Part shown: one piece after another, positions 50,265 to 61,900 of the stretch | Layout of the letters: every line of letters begins with the position of its first letter | Position numbering within the stretch: the stretch's first letter is position 1 | Source of the DNA: Guillardia theta CCMP2712 | Taxonomy: Eukaryota > Protista > Cryptophyta | Direction: 5' to 3' | Length of the DNA: 64,000 bases | Assembly: GCF_000315625.1 (NCBI RefSeq) | Contig: NW_005434550.1 | Coordinates: forward strand, 1-64,000 | Notes under the pieces: model-generated | Told to the model about the DNA's origin: nothing | Seen by the model: the letters and a program-made list of their open reading frames with translations, nothing else | Databases searched by the model: none | Made by a program: the position numbers and the translations under genes

Positions 50265-50318
<54 letters not shown>

Positions 50319-51511
50319 ACCACAATCTCCTCCTCTGTTATGCAGAACTTGAGGGCATCATCCAGCATCATTCTAACCATTTCAGAAACCACAAACTTTT
50401 CTTCCATATCTTTCGCCACTGGTCCGATTGGAACGCCGTAGCAAGGGCCGCGGTTGTCTACAAAGCTCAAATTTCTTAATAGCTCCCACTCGCCCAACAG
50501 CCTCTCTGGTCCTGCCACATCCTTGTTACCAAAATAAGAGCAACAACAAACATGAATCAGAATAGCAAGAGGATCAATGCAAGAGAAAGGAATAGGAGGA
50601 AAACACCAAATCAGGAGAAATTAGCCAGCAAAGGGAGGCTTCCTTGTTTTACAAAGGCGAATTACCTCCTGCCCGATGGATCCCGATCAGTTCGCCCAAT
50701 GACGAGAAGATGGGAGACCCAGAAGAACCAGAAGGAGTTGCAGCGACAGTAAGGAGGTTGTACTGGTCATGATCAACAAGCTCCTCATGCGCACATCTCA
50801 AACCTCCTCGTTGAGTGCGATGGAGCAGCAGGATGCGATGGTCCTTGGGTATGCAGGTCCATCCCCTGGGAATGAGAAGAGGCTGGCGGAAGGCGAGGCC
50901 TTCGCCCTCAGCCGCTATCAGTGAGTAATCCAGACTGCCGAGCGAGCATTTCCCGGACTGGCGACAAGAGCATGAATCTTCACCACATGAACAGGAGGAA
51001 GGTCGAGGAGGTGGGCTGGAGAGGAAGAAGAGCTCTGGTCTAAGTTGAATGGTGTTGGGAGCGTCCGATATGAGCAGAGAGAAACTCACAGATGATCCTC
51101 TCGCGCTCTGCATGTCGGGAATCACATGTGCATTGGTGAGCACACAGAGCCTCTTGAAGGTCAATACCAAGATGCCTGACCCTCCTATGACCAGTCTTCG
51201 TCCGTCCTCTCCCTCTTCTTCTCGTCGAATCTCCACGATGGACTGACCCCATCTCGAGAGAACTTCTCGATCCTTAGAACCGATGAGGGATACAATCTCA
51301 GAAACAACCATCCTGGCGTCGGTCTAGTCGAGTCCTTTCACAGATTTTAGCACCTTACAGGGGTGCATTGAGCACATTCTCGCTGCTTGTTTCCCGCCTC
51401 TTCGATTACCTTTGCTTTGATCCGCTCTCTTTGTTGCTCGCCCCCCAGGCTTGTCTGCATCATGTCCCTTCACTCCTGTAGAGTTTGTGGCACTAGGGCA
51501 TTCTAGGGCAT
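49049..51511 (-). CDS. Trypsin-like serine protease + (QE)n linker + PDZ-like domain (multi-exon, start approximate)
   Basis: VLTNAHVI (His), LDYSLIA (Asp), TPSGSSGSPIF (Ser); RLGLALR..LEHGDEIQEVNSITV. Confidence 0.8.
50183..50317. repeat. Coding (CTCCTG)n microsatellite encoding a Gln-Glu repeat
   Basis: Direct reading. Confidence 0.95.
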
Positions 51512-51963
51512 TCACTGGCCCTCAGTCAACTGAGGCACTGCACCCGGGCCGTCACGCCGTCCGCCGATCCGGCCCGGAGTCCGACCCGGAGGCCGCGGGC
51601 GCAGCGAGGCTCCGGGCTCTCGGAGCCTGAGTCTCCGACCAGCGGCTGAGCAGTGATACCGTGACGGCGAGAAGAGAAAAGACAGCGAGAAGGCGGCGCC
51701 CATTGAGTGCGGCGGCGGGCCGCCCCCGGGCCTGAGCCGGCCGGCCGGGGGTATCCGGACTTTACTCAAAGTTAAGTTAAAGATCAGTACCAGGACGGTG
51801 GCAAGCTTGAAACTACCGTCACGTACAGTCGCAAGCGACTACCTGGCAGCATCGAGGTTAGGAGAACAAGCACAGCAGAGTCCAGTGACTTTGCACAGTC
51901 AGACGCCTCGTTGATGAGGATGCTTTGATCACTACAAGCCTAGCTCATCCAGCCATAGGCATA

Positions 51964-53357
51964 ATGTCAGAAGAGGCCAAAGACCCACATGGCGATGTGA
52001 ATCTAAAGGAAGGCTACTTAGAAAAACAGAGCAGGTATGCTGAATCCATATCAAGCCAAGAGCGCTTTTGAGATGCCCTTGTCACACAGGCGCTTGAAGT
52101 TATGGCAAAAAAGGTTCTTTGAGTTGATTCATCGTTCAAGCACAGGGACTGCACTGTTGAAGTACTATGACTCTGATGATAAAGTCCTGGTCTGCAGCTT
52201 GATATTGTATAACGGTGGATACTGATTGTTGGGTTGTAGATGAGGGGAGAGATAGCTTTTTCTTCCGTCAAATTTTCTGTAGATAAGCTAGATACCCTGC
52301 ATGCATTTGTTCTTCAATTGCCACACCGAAAATATGTTTTTCGACACCAAGATTCCGACGAAATCAACGGTTTCAAATATCGATCTTGCATGACTCTCGT
52401 TAACTTTCCGGACTGTGTGTAGATTGGGTGAAGAAATTTGAGAAGCTGGATCATGCTTCAGATTTGGATGGCAAGGTAGTGAGTCTTGACCAAGAAGTGC
52501 ACAAAGAATATTTCGATCCGAAGCAAAATGAGAAAAATCAGCAAGCGGTAACAGACATTTTGAATACCTCTGATATTTCAGATTTGTCTTCAACCGACAA
52601 TACCTTGATCGAAGAGGATCACAAACCACATTGGTCAGGAGCACACAAAGCCGAAGGTAGCGTCAATCTGAGGGCAGAGCCACTAGCGAGGATGAAGGAA
52701 TCACCCTCCTCCCCTCGAATAGACCCCGACATAGGGAATGAAAACACAACAGCAAAGATGCAACGTGCACCACCCCCAGTACCTTTGCTAAACTCCGCTT
52801 CATATGAGGTAATGCTTCAGCCCTTGTATGACATAGAAAAAGAATCTGATCCTTGCTTCAGCCTGACAAAGCTCTAGAATACCATTCCTCAGGGAAGTCA
52901 TTTCTATTCCGAGCTGCCACAAAGTATCATAGATTTCTCACATGCAAAGTGCTGAAAACAACTTGTTTCTTACTTATCAGAGAGTCTCCTCGCCATTACA
53001 AATCATTTTTTGCTAGAAAATTTTTACAGGTATGTATTGATCTTTGAAGCGTGTGATCATGACTCCCTTGTTGGAGGACTGACCCAATCGTGTCTGATCA
53101 GCCTGATGAGGAATCTGACGATGAAGATTCGGTATTGCTATCAGAAAAAGATTTGTTGCAATATTTGCAGGTAATTTTTCAAGGAGAAAATTTCTACATC
53201 TCAACATTGGATCGTGAATGTCAAACAGGAGACGGATTCGAGGGAAAGCTATAACGATGCACAGAAATCTCTTCCATCCTTGTCTTCTCCAAGGAATGGC
53301 GATCGAAATGATGATGATGCTTGTGGAAGTGTCGAAGCTTATTCTTCTGAATTTTGA
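51964..53357 (+). CDS. Pleckstrin-homology domain protein (multi-exon, end approximate)
   Basis: LKEGYLEKQS/RLKLWQKRFFEL..LKYY..RGEI..FVL..RKYVF. Confidence 0.8.
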
Positions 53358-54318
53358 TTTTTGGATAAAACAAAAATCAGTCGAATACCTTCGATTCCTC
53401 ATTTGGTCATCTAAGTTATATGGACCCCGATACTCATATTGGGACAGCTACCCCCATCTCACAACTGACCCTTTATCCCTTCCCTAACAGTTTTGTTGTA
53501 TTGCATCCAAAAGTGAACAATGGTCCGAAGGCAGTAGAAAATTGAAGAGAAACAATTTTCAATCGTTGGGATAGAACATTGATTTGTTTAACAAAATACA
53601 GCTTCAGACATTTCAACCATTAACTACAAAACAAATACAGCGTTCCATGGACCGCGGGAGATTGTCATAATATTCATGCCCCTGACCTGTCACAAGAAAC
53701 CATCACATATCCTAATGATCACCTCCACTTTGTTTTCAAGTGTATCGAAATGGTCTCAGCTCTTCCTATTCATATTTGAGTTGCTTCATCGAATAGCTCG
53801 CACAACATTGTCGATAGTTATCTTCATCGACCAATCGATACCCACGAAAGCAAATCAAAACACATTTGATTTTCATCTACCTTTTCATCCGACACTTGGT
53901 CCATCTGCGTTCAACGGTGGAAATCCGAGCAATGCTATACCACTGTGTTAAATTCTGTTGTCCAATAGGGTCTTCTGAAGAAAAAGAGGCATGCTTTAGT
54001 TCAGAGCAAAGATGTTTGGACAAGTTTGCAATACATTCAATGACACACATTGGACGTAAAAGTCATGTCCACATTTCATTTTCCAGCTTTTCTTTCGAAC
54101 AGAGGGATGTAATCTTTGCTCGAAATAGGTATACCGCTGGTTCGAAAGCATGTAACACACACTTACAAGAGTCGCAAGAAGCTTGGGGATGTTGAGGCAT
54201 CTGTTTCTCTCTGACGAAAAGACATTCTTCTTCTCTCCTCCTTGTGTCGCGTACGTCAAGCCATGTTTCAGCGAAGCGGGGTTTATCTGCCGCTCTGCAC
54301 GTGCACGGTGCCAGTGAC

Positions 54319-54904
54319 GGGCAATCATCAATTTCCAATCAACAAATTTTTGGAGTAATCATTTTCCAATCAACGAAAGTTTGCAGTAATCATTTTCCAA
54401 TCAACTTTTTGAAACAATAATCATTTTCCAATCAAAACTCCCCGTTTCGTACCGTTACACGTATCAGAAACGGTCGTAACCGTATACTTTTGCAATCATT
54501 TTCCAATCAAAATCAACTTTCAAACTTTCAACTCTCCATTTTGGAACTTTACCCCACCCCTCCACCCCCCTTTAAACCCTCCGTTCGGACCCCTCCCCAT
54601 GACCCACCCCTCGAAGCCCACAGCGGCTACCCCCTTCANNNNNNNNNNNNNNNNNNNNNNNNNNNNNNNNNNNNNNNNNNNNNNNNNNNNNNNNNNNNNN
54701 NNNNNNNNNNNNNNNNNNNNNNNNNNNNNNNNNNNNNNNNNNNNNNNNNNNNNNNNNNNNNNNNNNNNNNNNNNNNNNNNNNNNNNNNNNNNNNNNNNNN
54801 NNNNNNNNNNNNNNNNNNNNNNNNNNNNNNNNATTACTGCAAACTTTCGTTGATTGGAAAATGATTACTCCAAAAATTTGTTGATTGGAAATTGATGATT
54901 GCCC
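54319..54904. mobile_element. Non-autonomous MULE (MITE), ~0.6 kb, gapped
   Basis: TIRs GGGCAATCATC../..GATGATTGCCC. 9-bp TSD GCCAGTGAC at 54310-54318 and 54905-54913. Confidence 0.95.
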
Positions 54905-55002
54905 GCCAGTGACTGGTTTTAAAACACCGTCGGTCACCGGGTGCCGCCCGGTCGTCCCCTTCAGTCAAGTTCCGACCCGGCGCCGCGGCGGAATCCACTG
55001 AG

Positions 55003-55108
55003 GGGCAATCATCAAAAAAAAGTTGATTGGAAAATGATTACTGCAAACTTTCGTTGATTGGAAAATGATTACTCCAAAAATTTGTTGATTGGAAATTGAT
55101 GATTGCCC
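55003..55108. mobile_element. 106-bp minimal MULE derivative
   Basis: 13-bp left TIR stub fused to a ~93-bp right TIR. 9-bp TSD TCCACTGAG at 54994-55002 and 55109-55117. Confidence 0.93.
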
Positions 55109-55385
55109 TCCACTGAGTCCAATCTTGGCGGCCGCCCGCCGGGCTGGCACCGGGTGACCCGGTGACCGTCGGACTTGTCACTCCGGGCCGAGGCTCCGAA
55201 GCCGCTTTGCCTGTGACGGCCGAGTTGAAACTTCCCCGCTGAACTTTCAACTATGCCAACCCGGGCTGACTGAGTCCCGGCCGCCGCGCGCCGCTGGCCC
55301 GAACTTACTGCGCTACTACTAGTGACTAGACTCTGAGACCGGGGCCCGCCGCCGGTGTGATTGAATCATGACCGTGGTTTACTAC

Positions 55386-55754
55386 CTTTACTCAAAGTTA
55401 GTTAAAAAGCAGTACGAGGACAATCAGGAGAGACGAGGAGGCCCTCAGCGACGGCCACTGTCGCACCCGGGCCAAACGGCGAGAAGAGACTCGAAAGACA
55501 GCGAGAACCAAACTTGAAACCCAACTACACTGAGTACGGTCAGAAAACTTGAAGCACGGCCTCCGAGTACTAGTCGGCGACACTGAAGCCCGCCGCCGGC
55601 CGCTGAGTCCCCGCGGGCTCACCGTGTACTGAGGGTCAGAGTCACAGGCGGCTCAGGCTGAGGCTACTGGCATCCCCCGGGCCCGGCGATCACGATCCGA
55701 GGCTCTCCTCAGTGATTGTCGTCGTACTGATTTTTAACTTAACTTTGAGTAAAG
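55386..55754. repeat. GC-rich unit bounded by ~41-bp imperfect inverted repeats (CTTTACTCAAAGTTA(A)GTTAAAAA..CAGTACG)
   Basis: 55386-55426 pairs with 55713-55754. A third copy of the motif is at 51760-51796. Confidence 0.7.
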
Positions 55755-56122
55755 AAACAGGACAGGCAAGTTTGTCGAAGGTGTGCAGGCGAAGTCAGGC
55801 ACGCAGTAGGGCTTCATCGCAGTCATCCCGCCACAACCTCTCTTGTAGAGCCAAACACATTCATCACAGCGGTCACTATCTCCACACGGCAGATCGACTT
55901 CCTTAGAGATGAGAGATTGTGTATCAATGGGACGAGGGGAACAGACACTTTCTTTGGCTACACGTATCTTTTCACGTTAAAATAGGCTTTGCTTTGAGTC
56001 TCGAAACCTAGTATATTTCACATCGCCATGTGAACTTAGGTTGGTTGTTGATCATGTAACAGTTTTGACATATTTCGTTGCTAGAATTCCGTCTGCTGGC
56101 AAGCTGGAGAGAAGGATAACTG

Positions 56123-57017
56123 ATGCAAACCGCGTCTCTCTTGTTTCTCAACACCTACAGCGCCTTCATGTACACTGGCAATCGACTGGACACTGGCCTG
56201 GAACAGCATCTGAATGTAAAGATGAGAAGGAGCCCTTCATCTGTTTTGCCTTGCTTGCAGTGTAAGGGGAAGGCTGACGACATTCTTCGTTTTGGAAGGG
56301 TCCGCTACTTTGCCTTCGGGAGCAACATGAATCCTGGTGTGCTGCAGGGTTTGCGCCAAGTCAAGCCAATCAAGGCTTGTCCAGGTCAGCTAAGCGTGAA
56401 CGACCCTGCTTCTTGATCAGCTCTGCTATGCACAGGCTTTGTCAAGGAATACAAGTTGGCCTTCAATCTCCTGGGTACTCCCGTAAGCTCTGCGGTTGAG
56501 CTACTCGTGCCTCACCAGTTCCTCGAGGGTATCGAACCATCGTTCGCTTCAGCTGAGCCCAGTGACAAAGAAGACGACGAACTTCACGGTGTGCTATTCA
56601 CCCTCACAAGGTGAGTTCTGTTTGATAGCGACTAGTTTGTGCTGAATTTCTCAAGGCTGGACTGGGAGAAGGTGGCACGGACTGAAGGCGTTGGGTTGGC
56701 TTACAGCCTCGAGGAGGTAGTTGTCAACACCTACCAAGGAAGCAAGCTGCAAGCGGTCACCCTTAGGACAAAACCTGGACCTCTACGAGCTCCATTTGGA
56801 AAGGACATCCAACCCAGTGAGGGATACCTTGATCTCCTGATCCAAGGTTGCATGTGATATGCCTCTGACATAAATCTGAAGATTCCAAACAGGTGCAGAA
56901 TATTACAACTTGAACAAAGAATACAAGGATAAACTACGAAGTATACGACCCAATCCTGCTGTGTTGGTGAACACCAAAAACATGTATAGGTTTTTGGGAA
57001 TAAATGTATCAAATTAA
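56123..57017 (+). CDS. Gamma-glutamylcyclotransferase (GGCT/AIG2-like), multi-exon, possibly plastid-targeted
   Basis: YFAFGSNMN, YKLAFN, LHGVLF, EGVGLAY, PSEGYLDLLIQG. N-terminus ..TYSA|F. Confidence 0.85.
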
Positions 57018-57282
57018 CGAGTTAAATACATTAGGGTTTGGTCTCTCAAACCTCAACACAATAAATATTTCTCAATCACAAACATTTCGAAGAGCTACTG
57101 AAATATCTTTGAGCAGGTATAGACTCAAAGTGATGCCAAAGCAGCATTGACATTCAAAAGATTCTTCCCAAGTAGTAAGTGTCGGCCTCAATCATTGATG
57201 CACGGCGACATAAAGTTTTCTGACTCTTCTTATGACCATTCTGCACTGACAGATCTAAAGTGCTGTCGAGTCAACATTTTAG

Positions 57283-58026
57283 TCATATCTCTTGCAGTGG
57301 AACGTACTCTGTCGCAAGATTGATGGGATAGCCAATGTTAATGTCCACGTTTCGAATTTCAGAGGTGGCTGCATCTTCTCCATAGCCAAATATGTCTTGT
57401 TGCTGATGACTGTGGTCCAAAAACTCGATGATATGCCCATGATGTTGAAGAGAGCGCTGTTCAGTATCAGCATCGCTGAAGATATGGATGGCTTCGCAGA
57501 TAGTGCAGCCATTAGCTTGGTCGTGACTTTTCCTTTGTGTTTCGTCTTCCACGTATCCTTCCAGAGTCACTGCGCTTGAGGACTCATCCTGATGCGACAA
57601 AGAAGAAGAAAGCTGACCCATCCTCTGGTACGACGCTTGCTCATAATGCTGTGCCTCTTCCTTAACAACCACATGCATCGAAGTATGACAATTCATTGCA
57701 CTGTGGTTGCTTCGTTTCTTTCTAGGCTTCGAGTCCTTCGCCCCTACTGGTCTGCCGGGCTTCTTGGATTGCTTCTTGCTGGCTTTTTCCAAAAAAGTCT
57801 CGAACTCTTCTCTTGTCCACATGCTCTGAGTTGCTTTGATCCAAGTCCTTTTGTTCCAAATGTCTCGCACAGCCTTAGGACTGATCTTGTATCGGTTGCT
57901 CAACACTGTGCTCGAAATTATCAAAGCTGAATCTGACTTGCCCTGAGGCCTCTTGCTATATATGTCCCGAGCTTCCTCATAGCTCAGAGTGGCTTTCCAG
58001 TGGGGCTTGTCGTCATTCTCCATCAT
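57283..58026 (-). CDS. Putative DNA-binding protein: HTH-like domain plus AT-hook-like motif
   Basis: LSYEEARDIY..LSNRYKISPKAVRDIWNKRTW; KKPGRPVGAKDSKPRKKR. Confidence 0.7.
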   Translation of the reverse strand: MMENDDKPHWKATLSYEEARDIYSKRPQGKSDSALIISSTVLSNRYKISPKAVRDIWNKRTWIKATQSMWTREEFETFLEKASKKQSKKPGRPVGAKDSKPRKKRSNHSAMNCHTSMHVVVKEEAQHYEQASYQRMGQLSSSLSHQDESSSAVTLEGYVEDETQRKSHDQANGCTICEAIHIFSDADTEQRSLQHHGHIIEFLDHSHQQQDIFGYGEDAATSEIRNVDINIGYPINLATEYVPLQEI

Positions 58027-58985
58027 CGTTACCGTGTGAAATGTATGCAATTCTCCTGATATTGATGACAAGAGAGAAATTCTATTCCCCAACGCGATTG
58101 ATAGCCAGACAGGAAAGAGATTTGTTCAATCAAACCTACCACACAGCTGTACAGCTGATGAGCAACGGGTTACTGATGTAATGAAAGAGGCCAAAAATGA
58201 GAGTAAATAGAGTTATTAAAAATGAGGGAGAGAACGATTCAGGAGCAGAAGCTGTTTCGGGGGGCCTGTAGAAGGGCAAGGAGTCTAGGCAGGCTGATGA
58301 GCGCAGGAAGCGCACAAAGAGAGCATGGGCACCGACGCTCGCGGATGCGGACGCGAGTAGGGAACATAGGGGTGGGTACTGACCCCACATACCATTTCCC
58401 ACGGCAATTGCCTAACATCACCCCCTTATCTTTGATCCGCAACTACTCTCGTACCCCCGTTACTGTAGTCCATTATAGAGAGAGCGAATCTCTTCATCAT
58501 GAGGGGTCTTTTTCCTCAGGTTTACGCGGGGGTGGGGTGGCATGAAACCAATGGGACATGAGGTCTCTCAAATCTTTCCAAATTTGACCACCTCACCACC
58601 CCCACATTTCCCTCTGCACTAATGGAAAGTCTACCCCTGCTTGGAGCCTCTAAAAAAAAATGGTCAACAACCCCTACCCCCACCGGGCTTCCTGTAAATC
58701 GCTCCTAGAAACTACCCCCCTGTATGTAAACAACCCCTACCCTCTCGATTACGGCTCGCTTGCAGGGATTTCACCTTCCTCGGAATAACCCCACCCACCT
58801 TTCAAATCCCATACATACGTGTTGTCTACAACCCCTGTAACCCCTATCGGACCTTAACCCCTTGTTAGAGCCCACTCCACCCCCATCCTCCGAATCGCTG
58901 ACCACCAAATTTTAGAGAGGCGTTTTTTTATTGTCATTTGTACTAGCAAATGAAAATAGAAACAAAAAAGCCCGAGGGCGATTAT

Positions 58986-61900
58986 TCAGTTTGAACCTTT
59001 GAAGGAGTTTGATATTTGTGAGGCTGTCGCGAACTGTGACATGATGAGAGGGGCTGTGTGAACGAGGCTGATGATGAAGGTCATGACGAAGAGAAGCATG
59101 CAAACCTGCAACGTGGATGAACGTGATCCTCTCAGAAATCGACTCACCTTGCTGCAAAGTTCAGGACCCAAGAGCTCATACAAGAGTCGATCAGGTCGAA
59201 GGATGAGGTTCATTAGCTTGACTCTGTGTCGTCGAGTCAACAAGGAGAAAGCAAGTCAAGAAGCAACCTGCTCGGAGGAGGCAGGAAAGGGTTAGCGTTG
59301 GGAGCCTCACGGCCCTCGCCAGCAGGGAAACGATCGGCTAGCTCCTGCGGCATCAGCTCAATTTCTAGCTCTACGAAGCAATCGCAGCCTCCTGCAAGAT
59401 GAATCAGACCAAGGAGATGAGATTAAGCGAAGTGACCGGTAGAGTGACACCGTAGCTTCAAGTTCGAAGTAGGATTTGGCGAAACTGGCAAGTCCCCGGT
59501 CGTGACAGACCAGATGTATCGAGCAAGAGCGGCTGCAAGGATTAAAAGTTCTTAGAGAGCGCAAATAGAACTTTTTTGATTGAATGTCTCACCAAGAGAG
59601 TCGATCAAAGTATGGCAGAAACCCTTTGCACTCTTGGTTTCCTTGTCAACGATCATGCGATTGAGCTCTTCTTCCGATATCGAGCTTCCCAAGTTGAGCA
59701 TGATTTCATCTTTCTGCTTGCCCTACAATCGGCAAGAGCCTTTCAACAAAAGCAGATTTCAAGTCACAGGGCTGACCTGCTCAAGCATCTCGAAGACTTT
59801 TTGTCTAATACGCAGAAAAGCCCTTGAGTCTGTTCTTCCTGCAAGAGTCGGATTGCTGGATGCTTTGATATCTGTATACCTGCAACATTCACCGTCACAA
59901 ATCAGCGTCCCTCCGTTATCTGGTAGACACCTTGCCCGCATGAGCTTCTTTCCCTGGGAATAGCTGAGCAGCATCAACTCTTTCAAAGAGATCACGCCCT
60001 CTCCGATCAGATCATTCGATGCCAGGATGTCTTTATCCCAAGCCTGCTCAACATGCGATCAACTTGATGAAATGACATTCAAGATGCGAAGAAACCTGAA
60101 TCACAAGCCTCATGTCCACTGCAGGGAGCTGTACCACGAAATTCCACCGGTGATTGAAGTTTGCTCGCCCTCCCTTTGCCCTCCAATGCACATCTGTGGA
60201 TCTTTCGTCTTGAAAGACGTTCTGCTCGAGATCCATTCCTTCCTGCAGCAACTCAGTTGCTCTGTCCCGCGACTTTTCATGCCCCACAAGCCTGCCAGTC
60301 ACAAACATGTCGTTCTGGCGCGTGACGGGATCCATGAAAGGGGCGCCCTTGACTCGCCATATCACAACTCTGAGAGATACGCGTTACAAGCTTGGAAAGC
60401 GGACAAGTCTACAACCGCAGCACGAAAGGTGACGGTGAAGGAAGCTCGATGCTCCATGGAGGATGCAAGTTGACTTGAGAAGATGGGAGAATGTCGATCC
60501 AGAGAATCAGCTGACCGCACTCACCATCAGCTCCGGGTAGATGAAGCCTCCTGCTCAAGGCTCAGACGGGCCCAACGGTGACGTCGCAACCTTCGCTCTA
60601 TCGGCTTTCTCCTCTGCTCTGAGATGGAATTCTCGCCGAGTTGCTGCCAAACTCTGGAAAGCAACCTTTCCTCCACATCTACGTAGGTTCTGCCATGCAT
60701 GTCAGCTGAGGAGACTTTCACGGGCTAAAAACAATGCCTGCCAATTTCCTCGTCGAGAAAGAGCGGGTCAGAGTCCATCACTTGGATGCATAACTCGTGG
60801 GCGCATGGGAGACTCTGACTGGGTTGTCACTCCGAGCACCGGTGGCCTTGTAGATTGGTTACCATGCTGAACTCAAACATTTGCCTGAAGTCAGGGTTGA
60901 GATTCTTGAGTTTCGCCTTTTTTCGATCTCCAGCTCTCTGTGATCACAGCTGAGACAATAGGACAGGCAGGACGGAGAGCCTACATGCTTGCCCAAGGAG
61001 ACGCGCAGGTAAGGATCAGACTTGTGGTTCCGATCTGCTGCTCTGAGATTTCTGCCTCCGAGGATGTAGATTCGCACGATGAAATCTTTCTCGCCCTCGA
61101 GCAGCTCGTGGATGAAGGGAGGAGGCGCTTCGCTCTCGGCTGATTGTTCCTTGACAGAGATGCAGGCTTTGATGACTCCAGCCTGCACGTCTACCGTACT
61201 TTCCTGAAATAGCCTGGAGACAACAGGCCCTCTGTCCTTCACTGATAGGAAGAGCGGAAAGTGGCTCATGTACGACAAGGATGGATCTTCGTCCCTGAAC
61301 CCAACATCAGGAGATTTTTGAAGCGACCCTCTAACCCAAGCTCACATGTAAAGGTCAATGACTTTCTCCAGCTCGAAGTTCAACACTCTGCGCTCTTTCA
61401 AGAATTCTTCCTCCTCGCCGAAATTTGAAAAGATCAAATCGACATGCTCGGGCTCTTCACAGTCCGAAGAAAGAATGTCCTGATGCATCAGTCCCATCCT
61501 ATTCCTCCTCGCTTCCATCCGCTGCTCCAACGGCACTGAGCAAGAGAACTCCAGCAGGTCAATGCTAGCGTATCCCAGCGTTCGCTCGCGAACAAGAAAG
61601 TTTCCTTTGTCTCTCACTGCGACCTCCAACTTGGGCATGCACAGGGAAAGTCCGCAAAACTCTACAGCCCGCAAGACGAAAAGCTGAGGATGAATCATCA
61701 ATGACTTGGAAGCATTGATCGTATTACCTGTTGAAAGTTTGGATCGCTAGGTGAGGGGCTGCTGGAGGAGGCGCTTGTTAAGGAAATTTCTCCGACGGAG
61801 AGCTGGAGGTACGGGCAAGAGACTAGAGAACAAGCTTCACGTCAAGCACGAGAACAAGCTTCACGTCAAGCACGAGGCTCTTGCTCCTCACCTGGGATGA

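Noticed and set aside
57031-57039. ttagggttt telomere-like word
   Set aside because: Single unit, expected by chance.
58360-58910. CCCC-rich non-coding tract similar in style to 41740-42150 and 35137-35320, possibly transposon remnants
   Set aside because: No convincing TIR, TSD or alignable identity found by eye.
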